Assembly: GCA_963808625.1 (NCBI GenBank)
Contig: CAWEHK010000029.1
Coordinates: 128,001-192,000 of the forward strand
DNA length: 64,000 bases
Direction of reading: 5' to 3'
From: an uncultured delta proteobacterium
Lineage (GTDB): Bacteria; Desulfobacterota; Syntrophobacteria; Syntrophobacterales; Syntrophobacteraceae
Shown here piece by piece: positions 63,281 to 64,000 of the stretch. The notes beneath the pieces are model-generated. The model did no database searches, was not told the DNA's origin, and saw only the letters and a list, made by a program, of their open reading frames with translations. Made by a program: the position numbers and the translations under genes. Numbering within the stretch: the first letter of the stretch is position 1; the number at the start of each line of letters is the position of its first letter.

Positions 63281-64000
63281 TTGCACATTTTCCTCCAAAT
63301 CATCCTGCTGACGCTGTTCATCTTCGCCTCGCTCTCTTACGGCGCGGTCCACTCCTGGGCATATTCGATTGTCTTTGGCGTTACCTTCCTGTTGTGTGCG
63401 GTGGTGTTTTTGCAATCCGGCCTCGCTGTGCTGAGGGGAGGACGGCGTGGAGAAAGTGAACACACAGCGTTATTTTCACCGCTTCGAGGGCCATTTGTAA
63501 TTTTTCTTGCCGCCTTCATTTGTTACATCCTGTTGCAGCTTACGCCGTTGCCCGGTTCGCTCCTGAAGGGCCTGTCGCCTTGCACCGCTTATCTTTATGG
63601 CCAGGTCCACGAGCTCACTGCCGCGGGGGTTGGAGGCATAGAACCGGGCCGTCTGGGTGGCGGTTATCTCAGCCTCGACCGGGATAAAACCATCAAGAGC
63701 CTCCTCGCCTTCGCCGCTTACCTGGGATTTGCCTTCCTCGTCACGCGGGCGGTTCGGGGGTCTCGTGATGCGAATCGCTTCGCCCTGGTCATCATCATTT
63801 TTTCCGCCGGGCTCTCTCTTTACGGGCTGCTCAGCCTCTTTTATGCCTCCCCCAAGATTGCCGGATGGAAGAATCCTTTCAGCACCGGGAGCAGGGTGTC
63901 GGCGACCCTGGTCAATGCCGATCATTTTGGCAGCTTCCTGCTCATGGCGATTTATCTCACGCTTGGCTATCTGGCCGCCTTCCTCAAGAAGTTGCCGCCA
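63281..64000 (+). CDS. O-antigen ligase-family membrane protein, 3'-truncated by window edge
   Basis: My translation from TTG 63281 (GAGG RBS) is open to the window end: YGAVHSWA, LQLTPLP..LL..LSP, ATLVNADHFGSFL; several TM helices. Confidence 0.75.
   Translation, partial: MHIFLQIILLTLFIFASLSYGAVHSWAYSIVFGVTFLLCAVVFLQSGLAVLRGGRRGESEHTALFSPLRGPFVIFLAAFICYILLQLTPLPGSLLKGLSPCTAYLYGQVHELTAAGVGGIEPGRLGGGYLSLDRDKTIKSLLAFAAYLGFAFLVTRAVRGSRDANRFALVIIIFSAGLSLYGLLSLFYASPKIAGWKNPFSTGSRVSATLVNADHFGSFLLMAIYLTLGYLAAFLKKLPP

Overview
A GC-rich, mostly housekeeping region from what looks like a Syntrophobacterales-like deltaproteobacterium (inferred from gene content and the tmRNA tag ADDYAYAAAA). Core genes include pilT/U (partial), thiE-thiL-thiD, glpD, an M16C presequence-type protease, aroK, rnpB, ispD-ispF-cysS, an RdgC-like protein, csp/S4/DarP/RRM genes, a heavy-metal P1B-ATPase, an AsmA-like protein, ssrA, yitT, typA, a VapBC pair, a DEAD-box helicase, two large surface proteins, gltX, tRNA-Val/tRNA-Asp, nudC, a peptide-binding protein, a DUF62 SAM hydrolase, an EamA transporter, an IMPase, an Xaa-Pro peptidase and a partial O-antigen-ligase-family gene. 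About ten genes are split by single-base frameshifts, most likely assembly indels. A decayed ~4.3 kb island (6.7-11.0 kb) carries IS91 and IS1634 remnants, gene debris and an AT-rich radical SAM gene, and is bounded by copies of the protease gene's 3' end. The most unusual signal is repeat architecture. A four-helix-bundle (TIGR02436/IVS/Avd-like) gene at 61369-61749 is enclosed by inverted arrays of a 7-bp repeat. At least six other 7-bp repeat families form about 15 orphan or paired arrays in intergenic spaces; these often start inside a gene's last codons or sit beside short local duplications. There are also 9-bp-unit inverted shells, REP/MITE-like elements, and a 24-bp palindromic micro-element inserted twice, in frame, into the IS91 transposase. 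All calls come from reading the sequence and recognising motifs; no database searches were run.
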